Source: Candidatus Krumholzibacteriia bacterium (GTDB lineage: Bacteria > Krumholzibacteriota > Krumholzibacteriia > Krumholzibacteriales > Krumholzibacteriaceae). From it: DNA of 64,000 nt. Positions 11,924-21,688 of this stretch are shown piece after piece. The stretch spans positions 2,250,874 to 2,314,873 of the forward strand of contig CAWIIQ010000001.1 of the NCBI GenBank assembly GCA_963836185.1, read 5' to 3'. The notes beneath the pieces are model-generated. The model was given only the letters and a program-made list of their open reading frames with translations. It searched no databases and had not been told where the DNA came from. A program made the position numbers and the translations under genes. How positions within the stretch are numbered: position 1 is the stretch's first letter; the number at the start of each line of letters is the position of its first letter.

Positions 11924-11952
11924 AATATACACTTTACGAGTCCCCGTGTCAA
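11924..11952 (-). promoter_or_regulatory. Near-consensus sigma70 promoter
   Basis: TTGACA-17 nt-TATATT; the -35 box overlaps the upstream gene's stop codon. Confidence 0.65.
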
Positions 11953-13945
11953 TGACCAGCGGCTCTGTACCTCGTTACTCCGCCGTATCTTGTTCCTATC
12001 CACACAGTGCCCGATGGATCCTCTTCGATCGCCAGCACATGGTCATCACCGAGACCGCTCGCGCTGTCGACATGAAGCCATCTGCCGTCTTTCAGGACAT
12101 ATGCCCCTCCGCCTTCGGTCCCGAGCCAGATACTTCCGTCGGTCGGTCCCTCTCAGCGCCGTCGGACGCGGGCCCTGCCTGCGCAGCGGAAGATCGATGA
12201 GCCTCCAGCCCGCCTCGGAAAGGAAGAATATTCCTTCCTCAGTGCAGAACATGCACCTTCCCGAGCCGTCGAGCCCGATGACGGGAGCGAAGGCTCCACC
12301 CGTCCCTCCCCCCGTGAGGGCAGTATCCTGACCGAGGGATCCTCCAGAAAGATCGAGTCGGCAGGCATGACGATCGGTCCCTTCCCCGGATCCGTTCCCG
12401 CTATATCCAGTCTCTCCCAGTTCACACCCGTGAACCCCGCGACCCTGCCTGACTGTGTCGAGACCCATACCTTCCCTGAGCGGTCGGCAGCTATCGAAGA
12501 TATCCTCTCGTCCGGCAGTCCGTGCTTTCGCCTGTAATGGACCCAGCCCTCCGAAGTCGAGCCGAAGCACTCCGCTGTCGAAAGTGCCGAACCACAACTC
12601 GCCGTCGTTCCCCGCGGCGGCACAGGTAAAGTGCTCCGTCGGCAGCCCCTGCCGGCGGTCGAATACCTCCCATGAGTTCCCGTTATGATGCAGTATACCG
12701 AACCTCGTGGAGAGCCACATCCTGCCCCCCTGTTCAGGCACCAGGCCGGTCACCGCCCCTTCGAACCACTTTCCGGGCAGACCGACCGGCGTGAATCCGC
12801 CGTCGAACCTGTATACAGCCCTGCTTCCAGACATGAGGACCGTCCTGCCCGACCTTACTATCAGTCCGATCATCATATCGGGACCGCTCCCCGGCAGGAC
12901 CCGTTCCCTGTACGAATCGCGCGCGACAGAGGCTATCATCCCTCTCGAGGTACCGAGGTATGTGTTCCCCTCAAGATCGTGCCCGACGGAGAGATAATCA
13001 CGCTCTCCAAGGGGGATGCCGGGAAGCCGGAGCGGCGTCCACCCGGACCCGTCCCACGTGCTGAGCCCGAAACGTCCCGCGGCCCAGACCTTTGCCTCGG
13101 CATCAAGTCCGAACTTGTAGATGTCCCTGTCGGGAAGACCCTGTCCGGGACCGTACCTGTTTACCCTGCCGAGGCTGTATTTCGCGACTCCCTGCCTCGC
13201 TACGGAGACGAACAGATCCCCTTCCTCAGCAAGTATGATATCGCGCACTCTCCCTACGGGGATCCTGCTGCCGTATCTCATCGGGGTCCAGCTGAAACTG
13301 TCCGCCCTGCAGACCCCGCTGTCCGTTCCGATCCATATCGTGTAATCACTCTGCTCGACAACGCATGTCACCCTGTCATCGAGAAGAGAGTCGGCGCGCG
13401 AAAGTATGGTCAGAGTGTCGCCGACGACATACCCGCAGCCATGCCCCCATGTGGAGATCCAGACCTTCCCCTCGCCATGTCTCAAATCGGTGATCCGGGA
13501 GAAGAAAGGATGCTCGCTGCGCGGTATACCTGTCCCAGCCCCAGTCGTGCCTTATGCTGAGCCCGGCATCTCCACCGACCCATATCTCCCCGCCTTCACC
13601 TGCGGCAAGGCTCGACACCGAGGAAAGGCGCGATCCTCTCTCTGCCAGAACGGTGTCCGATCCGGGAACCCATATGAACAGGCCGCCATCTGTACCGACC
13701 CATACGGAATCGCCAGCAGCGAGGATCGCTCTCACGCCGCCGGCCGGCACAAGGACCTCGAAACGGCCGGCCGGTCTTTCGACCTTCCTGTGGACCAGCC
13801 CGCCCATGGATATCTTCACACCGGAATCGAGCCACCCCTGTTTTTCCTCTATCTCAGACTCAGCCGCCGGCAGGACCGCGGAAAGCAGCACCGGCAGGGC
13901 AGCCAGGAAAAGGACCGGCATGACCGTCTTTGATAACTTTCTCAT
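11949..13945 (-). CDS. Exported beta-propeller protein (Reg_prop-type repeats; several frameshifts)
   Basis: Signal peptide; repeated WIGT/WVGT/GLP motifs across frames; last segment ...GTVWIGTRYGGVTRYRAAGH ends at TGA 11949. Confidence 0.7.
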
Positions 13946-13978
13946 GGTGAGAGACTTTATTACAGCGAGAGGCGCAAA

Positions 13979-15373
13979 TCAAGAAGATACGTCACCGGAC
14001 TGTGCGGGCAGGGGATCGGCGAGAATTTTCTCGATAAACGCTGTCAGATCGGCGCCTGTCTCGGCTAGAATGGCATCACAAAGCTCCCTGGCCCCTATAT
14101 CCCTGCCTCCGGAATCCTCCGTGTAGAGCCTTCTGATAACATCTATCAGACCGATCCGGCCGTCTGTGAGCGAAAGGATCCTCTCGTCGACCGCGCGGGC
14201 TGCCAGGTACCCTCCATCGTAGAGAAGATTGACCATCTCCCGGTCTGAGAGGTCGTTGTTGCCCGCCATCGAAAGAGGGATCGAACCGCGCAGCGTATTC
14301 TCGAGGTACCTGCCGGTTATCGCCGACTCAGCCGCTTCGTACTGAAGAGTGTTTATGATGCCGGCATTCAGGACTACCTTGTATGAAAAATAGACAGTCG
14401 CTCCCTCGGTGAACCACATGAATGAATCATCGGCCGGCCTCAGGATCTCCCCGTTCCAGTTGTGGAAGAATTCGTGGGCGATGATCGACATCGGGGCCCC
14501 GTACAGTTCGCTCCTGTCGATTCCGGGATCGAGCAGAAGGAGAACGGTCCCACCGAAATGTATCCCGTAATAGTTGAATCCCTTTCCGCCTTTGACGGGA
14601 TTGTAGTCGCAGATAACGAGGTGCCTGTCCCTCGGCGATGACCCGAGCATGGCGATCTCTTCTGACACGATGCTGCGAACCGTCTCGAGGAGCTCGCCGT
14701 CACCGAAGTCCCACTGTCCGCCTACGGCGAGGTTGAGCCTGATGCCGGAAACGGACGTCTCCAGGAACCGGTACCCTCCCGCCGCGACGAGCGTCATCGG
14801 CAGATCTGACACCGACGGCACTATCATCCTGCTGCCGGTCGTTTCCCATGGCGCCCCTATCCTCGAGGAGCCGTGGATACCGATATCGACGAGTATGCCT
14901 CCCGCCACCTGATGTTCCGGCTGGACGAAGAGATCCCTCCCCATCAGCCGCGACCTGTCCTGACCGAGATGGCTCAGCATCCCTCTCACCTCGGGCGTAT
15001 AACTGTCCTCTATCGTCATGACCAGGTCGTACCGCAGGGTAAAGTCGCCGTTCCCGCACCTGATTTCCCATCTGTCCGGGCCTGCCTCGATCTCGAGCGG
15101 AAGGCCGTCAGCACTGAAGGCCTCGATCCCGATAGGCTCGAGCCTTCCTCCCACGTCATTCTCGAGGGCGGAGAAAGCGAATTTTCTGCCGGTCCGGCCG
15201 AAAACCTTTCCCTCCACGGTGATGACATTCAGTGCCGGGTCTTTCATGCAGACCGACCACTGGATGATCGGATCGGGAGCCGCGGAGTATGGCAGGGTAA
15301 GGGACACCATGACGAGACTCGATGCAAACAAACCAGTTGCGACGATCCTGGATATACTTTTATACAGTTCCAT
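13979..15373 (-). CDS. Zinc metallopeptidase, M61/gluzincin-like, exported
   Basis: IAHEFFHNWNG and WFTEGATVY motifs; N-terminal hydrophobic signal. Confidence 0.8.
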   Translation of the reverse strand: MELYKSISRIVATGLFASSLVMVSLTLPYSAAPDPIIQWSVCMKDPALNVITVEGKVFGRTGRKFAFSALENDVGGRLEPIGIEAFSADGLPLEIEAGPDRWEIRCGNGDFTLRYDLVMTIEDSYTPEVRGMLSHLGQDRSRLMGRDLFVQPEHQVAGGILVDIGIHGSSRIGAPWETTGSRMIVPSVSDLPMTLVAAGGYRFLETSVSGIRLNLAVGGQWDFGDGELLETVRSIVSEEIAMLGSSPRDRHLVICDYNPVKGGKGFNYYGIHFGGTVLLLLDPGIDRSELYGAPMSIIAHEFFHNWNGEILRPADDSFMWFTEGATVYFSYKVVLNAGIINTLQYEAAESAITGRYLENTLRGSIPLSMAGNNDLSDREMVNLLYDGGYLAARAVDERILSLTDGRIGLIDVIRRLYTEDSGGRDIGARELCDAILAETGADLTAFIEKILADPLPAQSGDVSS

Positions 15374-15480
15374 CTATCAGAGGCCTCCAACGGACAGTCC
15401 TGCGGCGGGACCGTTCGGCGGCAGTCGGCTTGACCAGGTCATTTTATGCCCATGCTGATTGCAAGGTACATTCCAGCTTC

Positions 15481-15510
15481 TTGACCATCCCGGAGCCTGT
15501 AACGTATTCT
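15481..15510 (+). promoter_or_regulatory. sigma70 promoter giving a probably leaderless cobB transcript
   Basis: TTGACC-18 nt-TATTCT, 6 nt before the ATG; no Shine-Dalgarno. Confidence 0.6.
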
Positions 15511-15516
15511 TCCCGC

Positions 15517-16305
15517 ATGAACGGGTTTATTGACAAGGCGGCCTCGGTCCTTGCCCGCTCGAAAAGAGCGGCCGCGCTCACCGGCGCGGGCATTTCGAAA
15601 GAGAGCGGGATCCCTACATTCAGGGATGCCGATGGAGTATGGGGGAAATACAGGCCGGAGGACCTCGCCACACTCGAGGGATTCCTCTCCGACCCCGGCC
15701 TCGTCTGGCGGTGGTACATGGAGAGGCTCTTCTCCGCGCGGACGAATAGACCCAACCCCGGTCACTACGCCCTTGCACGCCTGGAAAAGATCCTGCCCCG
15801 CTTCGTCCTGGTGACCCAGAACATAGATGACCTGCACAGAAAAGCCGGAAGCTCGGACCTGGTCGAACTCCATGGAAACATTGAAGCATTCAGATGCCTC
15901 GATGCCGGTCACCCTGCGGAGTACGATCCGGATTGGGGAGATGAACCACCGCTCTGCCACTGCGGATCGCTCATCAGGCCCGGCGTGGTCTGGTTCGGAG
16001 AGCCGCTTCCGGAGAAAGATATCGAGAGGGGTTTCCGTGAATCGGAAAGATGCGACGTGATGCTTGTCGCCGGGACATCCGGCCTCGTGACGCCGGCCTC
16101 TCTTCTTCCCCTCGCAGCGAAAGACGCGGGCGCCGTGGTAATCGAGGTGAACACCGAACGCACAGCGTTCACTCCCCTGGCGGATATTTTCCTGAAAGGC
16201 CGCAGCGGCGAAATGCTTCCCAGCCTCGTCTCGAGAACGGAGGATATGATCGGGGAGACCGGCGGCACGCGGCCATCAGACCCCGAGACGCCTGCGGATC
16301 TCTGA
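15517..16305 (+). CDS. cobB: NAD-dependent protein deacylase (class III sirtuin)
   Basis: GAGISKESGIPTFR, TQNIDDLH, ELHGN, RPGVVWFGE; YxxR motif (WYMER) typical of desuccinylases. Confidence 0.93.
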   Translation: MNGFIDKAASVLARSKRAAALTGAGISKESGIPTFRDADGVWGKYRPEDLATLEGFLSDPGLVWRWYMERLFSARTNRPNPGHYALARLEKILPRFVLVTQNIDDLHRKAGSSDLVELHGNIEAFRCLDAGHPAEYDPDWGDEPPLCHCGSLIRPGVVWFGEPLPEKDIERGFRESERCDVMLVAGTSGLVTPASLLPLAAKDAGAVVIEVNTERTAFTPLADIFLKGRSGEMLPSLVSRTEDMIGETGGTRPSDPETPADL

Positions 16306-17454
16306 GATGTCGCTGCCGACCTGATCGACAACGCTTTTTAACGCTTCGTCCTCTTCCCCCGACCTCTCCTTCATGGTGATCCAGGCCCACCACGCGAGTA
16401 TCAGGGACATCCAGATTCCACCAACGGCGAATGATACGAGTATAAAGGCCCAGCGCGGGATGCCGGCCCGCTTTTCAGGCACTCCCGGCGGATCGACGAC
16501 CTGAACGGACGAAGTGGTCCTGGCAAGGTCGATCCCGCTTTCTTCGTGCTTCTGCAGCAGGAAGGAATAGACCCTCTCGTTGACTTCTATTTCCCTTTTA
16601 AGCGCGGCATATTCCTGGTGGAGGGCGGGAATCTTTTCGAAGGGAAGAAATACCGTTATAACGGTATCGCCCTTGACGATCATTCCCAGCTGCTTGTTTA
16701 TATTCTGTAGTTCGAGTCTTTTCTTGCCCAGCTCTATCGCGTCATCCCTGGAGAACTCTCGCATTATGTCGATCTGGATAGATATGATCGCTGCCTGGAC
16801 CTTGAGGGCGCTGGCCACATCTATCGCGCCGCGGATCTGCTCATCGAAACTTACTATCCCATGCTCTTCCTGGAACGCAGCGATCCGGGCCCTCGATTTC
16901 GCGAGACGGAGCCTGTACTCCTCTATCTGCTTCCTGGTGAATACCAGCGTACCCTCCGCCCTCTCCCTGAGAAGGCTGTGGTTGATCGAATCGAGGCTGG
17001 AAATATGGTGAAGGGCGATCTTCATCGCCATCTCGGGATTCCTGTCACGGGCCTTGAGAGTGATTATCCCCACGTTGGATGTTCCGGTCGAGATCGATCC
17101 CCGGAGCCTCCTGACGGCATCATCCATCGAGCCGACACCGTACCACTCTATCAATCCGAGGTCGGTGACCACCTTCTCCGCGATCCCCCTGCCGCTGAGG
17201 ATATCGACCATCACCGCGGCCGACATCGAGCCGCCGCTCAACGGAGAGATCATCGAAGGAAGGTTCATCGAAGCCATCCAGGCGGTGAGGAGCCCCTCCC
17301 CTCCTTCCTCGACGGGCGGCATGAGCAGTGCCCGGGATTCATACGCCGGGTCAGCGACAAGGATGTACAGCGATCCCGCGACAGCAAAGACAACGGCGGC
17401 GGCAAGTATCATCCGCCTTCTCTTTATCAGATAGTCCAACAGCCTGAATCCCAT
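16276..17454 (-). CDS. Wzz/polysaccharide co-polymerase family protein
   Basis: N- and C-terminal TM helices, P-x-Y-E-S-R-A motif, coiled-coil periplasmic part, VQVVDPPGVPEK. Confidence 0.8.
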   Translation of the reverse strand: MGFRLLDYLIKRRRMILAAAVVFAVAGSLYILVADPAYESRALLMPPVEEGGEGLLTAWMASMNLPSMISPLSGGSMSAAVMVDILSGRGIAEKVVTDLGLIEWYGVGSMDDAVRRLRGSISTGTSNVGIITLKARDRNPEMAMKIALHHISSLDSINHSLLRERAEGTLVFTRKQIEEYRLRLAKSRARIAAFQEEHGIVSFDEQIRGAIDVASALKVQAAIISIQIDIMREFSRDDAIELGKKRLELQNINKQLGMIVKGDTVITVFLPFEKIPALHQEYAALKREIEVNERVYSFLLQKHEESGIDLARTTSSVQVVDPPGVPEKRAGIPRWAFILVSFAVGGIWMSLILAWWAWITMKERSGEEDEALKSVVDQVGSDISEIRRRLGV

Positions 17455-17482
17455 CGGGACACCTTTCGCATGGCGGGACCGG

Positions 17483-17830
17483 TCACCCGCTGAAAAGTTC
17501 CTCCATCCTGGCGGCGGCACGCCTCAGATGCGGGATAACGATCGAGCCGCCGACGATCAGGGCCACGTTAAAAGCCTCGTAGAACTGCTCCTTCGTGACA
17601 CCCTCTTCGAAACATCTGGCAATATGATAGTTTACGCAGTCATCGCACCTCAGCACCATCGAAGACGCCAGCCCCATCAGTTCCTTGGTCATCGCGTCGA
17701 GGGCACCGTCGGCGTACGCCTGAGTGTCGAGAGCGAAGAATCTCTTTATCCCCATATGGTCTGATGAAAGGACGGTCTCGTTGAGCCGGTCCCTTTCCAC
17801 GTCGAACTCTTTTCTCCAGTCTCCTGACAT
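17483..17830 (-). CDS. Carboxymuconolactone decarboxylase/AhpD-like protein
   Basis: GALDAMTKELMGL, LRCDDC, GGSIVIPH. Confidence 0.88.
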   Translation of the reverse strand: MSGDWRKEFDVERDRLNETVLSSDHMGIKRFFALDTQAYADGALDAMTKELMGLASSMVLRCDDCVNYHIARCFEEGVTKEQFYEAFNVALIVGGSIVIPHLRRAAARMEELFSG

Positions 17831-17858
17831 CTTCGACGACCTCCATCCGACCCGGCGA

Positions 17859-19085
17859 TCAGACCGGGAGGAGCCTCATGTATTTCTTCTTCCCTGCCCT
17901 GAGAAGCACGAATCCCTCTTCGATATCTCCTGCTGTGATCTTCTCGTCGAACTCCTCGATCCGCCGGCCGTTGACGTACGCGCCTCCCTGCTGGATGAGG
18001 CGCCTCGCTTCCCCGCGTGATCTTACCAGTCCGGCATCGGAAAAGAGAACGAAAACAGGCACTCCCTCCTCCAGCTTTGCCTTTTCGAATTCGACCGTCG
18101 GAACCGCGTCTCCAGCGGGCGCTCCCCCTTCGGAGAAAAGGGCCTTCGATGCCTCTCGGGCCTCGGCGGCCGCTTCATCCCCGTGCAGGATGGCGGTGCA
18201 CTCCCGGGCGAGGACCTCCTTGGCCTCCCGTATTTCCGCTCCCTCGAGAGATGAGAGCCGCCGCACCTCGTCCATCGGAAGAAAGGTGAACAGCGCGAGG
18301 AACTTTCCTACATCCCTGTCATCAGTATTGATCCAGTACTGATAGTAATCGTACGGGGAGGTGCGCTGAGGATCGAGCCACACTGCGCCCTTCTCCGTCT
18401 TGCCCATCTTGCTTCCCGACGCGGTGGTCAGGAGAGGGAAGGTAAGCGCCTCCGCGTCCCCTCCTTCTACCCTTCGTATAAGGTCGGTGCCGGCGAGGAT
18501 GTTTCCCCACTGGTCGTTCCCGCCCATCTGCAGCGTGCAGTCTTTATCCCTGAAGAGGTGCAGGAAATCGTACGCCTGCAGGAGCATGTAGTTGAATTCT
18601 ATGAAATTCAGGCCGGTTTCGAGTCTCATCCGGTAACTCTCGGCGGCAAGCATCTTGTTCACGCTGAAGTGCCGCCCGATATCACGCAGGAATTCGATGA
18701 AGTTCAGCGGCATGAGCCATTCGGCGTTGTTGAGCATAAGCGCCCTGCCGCCGGAAAAATCGAGGAAGTGAGATAGCTGCTTCTTCAGCCCCTCGGCGTT
18801 CGCTTCGATCCTTTCAGGCGTCATCAGCTGCCTCAGCTCGGTCTTTCCGCTCGGATCGCCTATCATCGCGGTACCGCCGCCGACGAGCGCGATGACGCGG
18901 TGCCCCGCCCGCTGCATGTGGGCAAGCGCCATTATCGGCACCAGGCTGCCGCAGTGGAAACTGTCCGATGTCGGATCGAAACCGATGTAACAGGTGAGCG
19001 GGCTTTCCAGCATCTCCTTCACCCTGCCGGTGTCAGAGCACTGCTCGATCAGTCCCCTCTCCTCGAAAATATCGTATACGTTCAT
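17859..19085 (-). CDS. tyrS: Tyrosine--tRNA ligase
   Basis: YIGFDPTSDSFHCGS, LLQAYDF, GGNDQWGN, KMGKT, C-terminal S4 domain. Confidence 0.97.
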   Translation of the reverse strand: MNVYDIFEERGLIEQCSDTGRVKEMLESPLTCYIGFDPTSDSFHCGSLVPIMALAHMQRAGHRVIALVGGGTAMIGDPSGKTELRQLMTPERIEANAEGLKKQLSHFLDFSGGRALMLNNAEWLMPLNFIEFLRDIGRHFSVNKMLAAESYRMRLETGLNFIEFNYMLLQAYDFLHLFRDKDCTLQMGGNDQWGNILAGTDLIRRVEGGDAEALTFPLLTTASGSKMGKTEKGAVWLDPQRTSPYDYYQYWINTDDRDVGKFLALFTFLPMDEVRRLSSLEGAEIREAKEVLARECTAILHGDEAAAEAREASKALFSEGGAPAGDAVPTVEFEKAKLEEGVPVFVLFSDAGLVRSRGEARRLIQQGGAYVNGRRIEEFDEKITAGDIEEGFVLLRAGKKKYMRLLPV

Positions 19086-19256
19086 CCTCTGTTCTCCGTT
19101 AAAGTCTTTCATCGGACCGCGTCGCAGAATGATAACACGGCAAAGAGAGGTCCGACACTGGTTTTTTGCCGAATAGGTCTTGAACTGACCGACCTCTTCA
19201 ATATACTGGCGGGAAACAGTCGTATTGAAAAGATGATTCAATGAAAGGAACGACCG

Positions 19257-20351
19257 ATGATGAGACAGGCAGCCGCGATCATCCTGGCGGCGCTGCTGTG
19301 CGCGGCGCCCTGCGGGGCGCAGAAAGCGGCGGAATCAGCCGCGGACCCAGCGGTGGAGGAACTTCGGGATTTCGATGAGAGCCTGCGTCACAGGCTCGAT
19401 ATCCTGGAGAAGAAGATCGACGACCTTCTCTGGTTCGAGAGGGTCGATGACGCCGCCTTTATCGACAAGGTCTATATAACGGGGCCTCCACTTCGCGAGG
19501 AGAAGAACCCTACCGCCCAGGGCGCCGGCAACCCGGTCAAGTTCTGGGCATATATCTTCGTTCCGCGCGATACCGATATGTCGAAGAAATATCCCCTTAT
19601 CGTATTCCCTCACGGAGGCGTGCACGCCAGCTTCGTCACATATTACACGCATATCATAAGGGAACTGATGGCTCAGGGATATATAGTCGTGGCTCCCGAG
19701 TACAGGGGAAGCACCGGATATGGAAGATCGCACTACGAGAAGATAGATTACGGCGGCCTCGAGACGGAGGATGTATGGTCGAGCAGAAACTTCATGATCG
19801 AAAATTATCATTTCGTCGACAGCAAGAGAGTCGGGATAATCGGCTGGAGTCATGGCGGCCTTATCGCGCTGCATAACATATTCGACCATCCCGGCGATTA
19901 TAATGTCGCCTTCGCCGGCGTCCCGGTAAGCGATCTTATTGCCCGCATGGGATACAAGACGCAGGAGTACAGGGACCTCTACTCGGTCGACTACCATATC
20001 GGCAAGACAGCGTACGAGGACGTCAACGAGTACAGGCGCCGTTCTCCGGCATGGAACGCTCACAAGCTCAGCACCCCGCTGCTGATACATACGAATACAA
20101 CCGACGCAGACGTGAACGTCTTCGAGGTCGAACACCTCATAAAAGCACTCAAGGCCGAGGGGAAAAAGTTCGAATACGAGATATACAAAGCGGTCCCCGG
20201 CGGGCATTCATTCGACAGGATGGACACAAAAGAAGCGAGAGAGATCAGGCTCAAGATATGGCAGTTCCTCGCAAAGCACCTTGATCCACCGGTACAATTC
20301 GAAACTGTCGATGACATCAACAAGGCTTCATACGAGAAGCAGGGGGACTGA
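19257..20351 (+). CDS. Exported S9 prolyl-oligopeptidase-family alpha/beta hydrolase
   Basis: Signal peptide; PHGG, YRGSTGYG, GWSHGG nucleophile elbow, GGHSF. Confidence 0.88.
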   Translation: MMRQAAAIILAALLCAAPCGAQKAAESAADPAVEELRDFDESLRHRLDILEKKIDDLLWFERVDDAAFIDKVYITGPPLREEKNPTAQGAGNPVKFWAYIFVPRDTDMSKKYPLIVFPHGGVHASFVTYYTHIIRELMAQGYIVVAPEYRGSTGYGRSHYEKIDYGGLETEDVWSSRNFMIENYHFVDSKRVGIIGWSHGGLIALHNIFDHPGDYNVAFAGVPVSDLIARMGYKTQEYRDLYSVDYHIGKTAYEDVNEYRRRSPAWNAHKLSTPLLIHTNTTDADVNVFEVEHLIKALKAEGKKFEYEIYKAVPGGHSFDRMDTKEAREIRLKIWQFLAKHLDPPVQFETVDDINKASYEKQGD

Positions 20352-20354
20352 GCG

Positions 20355-21212
20355 ATGGACTCAGCCGGCCAGATCGTCTACCTGGACGGGGACTTCGTTC
20401 CCGTCGATAAAGCAGCCGTCTCACCCCTTGACCGCGGCTTCCTTTTCGCCGACGGCGTCTATGAGGTATTACGGTCGTACAGAGGCTCTCTCTTCGAGCA
20501 GAAGGCCCATATCGAGAGGCTGCGCCGCAGTCTGCGTGAGATCAGGATCTCTCAGGGCGCCGCGGAAGGGATAGAGGAGATCTTTCCCATGCTGCTCGAA
20601 AGCAACGGGCTCTCGGATTCGGAAGCACTTGTCTACCTGCAGATCACAAGGGGCGCCGCGCCCCGTTCGCACCAGTTCCCCGGCAGGGAAACAGCTCCGA
20701 CCGTCTACGCCCATGCAGTCCCCTTCGAGCCGCTGACAAGTCAGCGTGACACCGGCATTCCCGTGATCCTTGTCCCCGACACGAGATGGAGCAGATGCGA
20801 CATCAAGTCGATCGCCCTCTTGCCGAACATCCTCGCCAGACAGATGGCCGAGGATGCGGGGGCCGGCGAAGCTGTATTCATTCGCAACGGCATGGTGACC
20901 GAAGGATCGTCATCGACATTCTGCGCCGTTTTCAGCGGAACTGTCGTGACACATCCCGAATCGAACGTCGTCCTCTCGGGGATAACGAAGAGGGTCGTCT
21001 TCGAACTCTGCGCGCGTACCGGGATTCCCGTCGCTGAGAGACCGTTCAGGGAGGATGAACTTTCCCGCGCGGCGGAGATGATGCTGCTCAGCACTACGCG
21101 GGAAGTCATGCCTGTCGTTTCGGTGGATGGCATGAAGGTCGGAGACGGGACCCCGGGTCAGCTCACGAGAAAGCTCCAGGCGGCATTCTCCGAGGTCATC
21201 CGTTCTCTCTGA
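20355..21212 (+). CDS. dat: D-amino acid aminotransferase (PLP fold IV)
   Basis: DRGFLFADGVYEV, YLQITRG...RSH, RWSRCDIKS, TEGSSS, LSGIT. Confidence 0.85.
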   Translation: MDSAGQIVYLDGDFVPVDKAAVSPLDRGFLFADGVYEVLRSYRGSLFEQKAHIERLRRSLREIRISQGAAEGIEEIFPMLLESNGLSDSEALVYLQITRGAAPRSHQFPGRETAPTVYAHAVPFEPLTSQRDTGIPVILVPDTRWSRCDIKSIALLPNILARQMAEDAGAGEAVFIRNGMVTEGSSSTFCAVFSGTVVTHPESNVVLSGITKRVVFELCARTGIPVAERPFREDELSRAAEMMLLSTTREVMPVVSVDGMKVGDGTPGQLTRKLQAAFSEVIRSL

Positions 21213-21688
21213 CGGCGGCGGATCTCGTCACTTCGCCGCCGGCAAGCCGGACGAAGACATCGAATATGCCGGCACTGTCAGTGCGAAATAGATGGGATGA
21301 GCAGCCGCAGTCTGAGGACCCGAATCCCGGCACCACTTCCTCGACCCCCTCGATACCGGCCAGGATACCGGCCCAATCGTGTTCGAACCTCTCCTCCGAT
21401 TCTATATACCACACTTCCGAGAGGTATCCGGCAAACCCAAGATAATCAATGTGCCATTTCGGAAGCTTCAGCGAATCGGGAATGGTGGGCGATCCTGGCG
21501 GCCAGCCCGCCCGGGCCGAGAGCGCTTCCGCAGTAGAGATATATGCCCGCGGGGAAGGTCAGCTCACCGAGTGCTCCGACATCGATAACGGTTTCCCAGT
21601 GGACCTTGAGATGAAGCACATAGGTACCGTGGGAGTCGGGTATATCGAAACGGTCCTGGTGGCCGCTCCCGCAGTGGCGCGCGCTCAT
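21196..21688 (-). CDS. GIY-YIG/DUF123 nuclease-family protein (frameshifted)
   Basis: GTYVL...[25 protein letters not shown] (other frame), [15 protein letters not shown]. Confidence 0.8.

Noticed and set aside
21196-21688. GIY-YIG gene as a homing endonuclease or mobile element
   Set aside because: It is a short DUF123-type protein with no intron or insertion boundaries.
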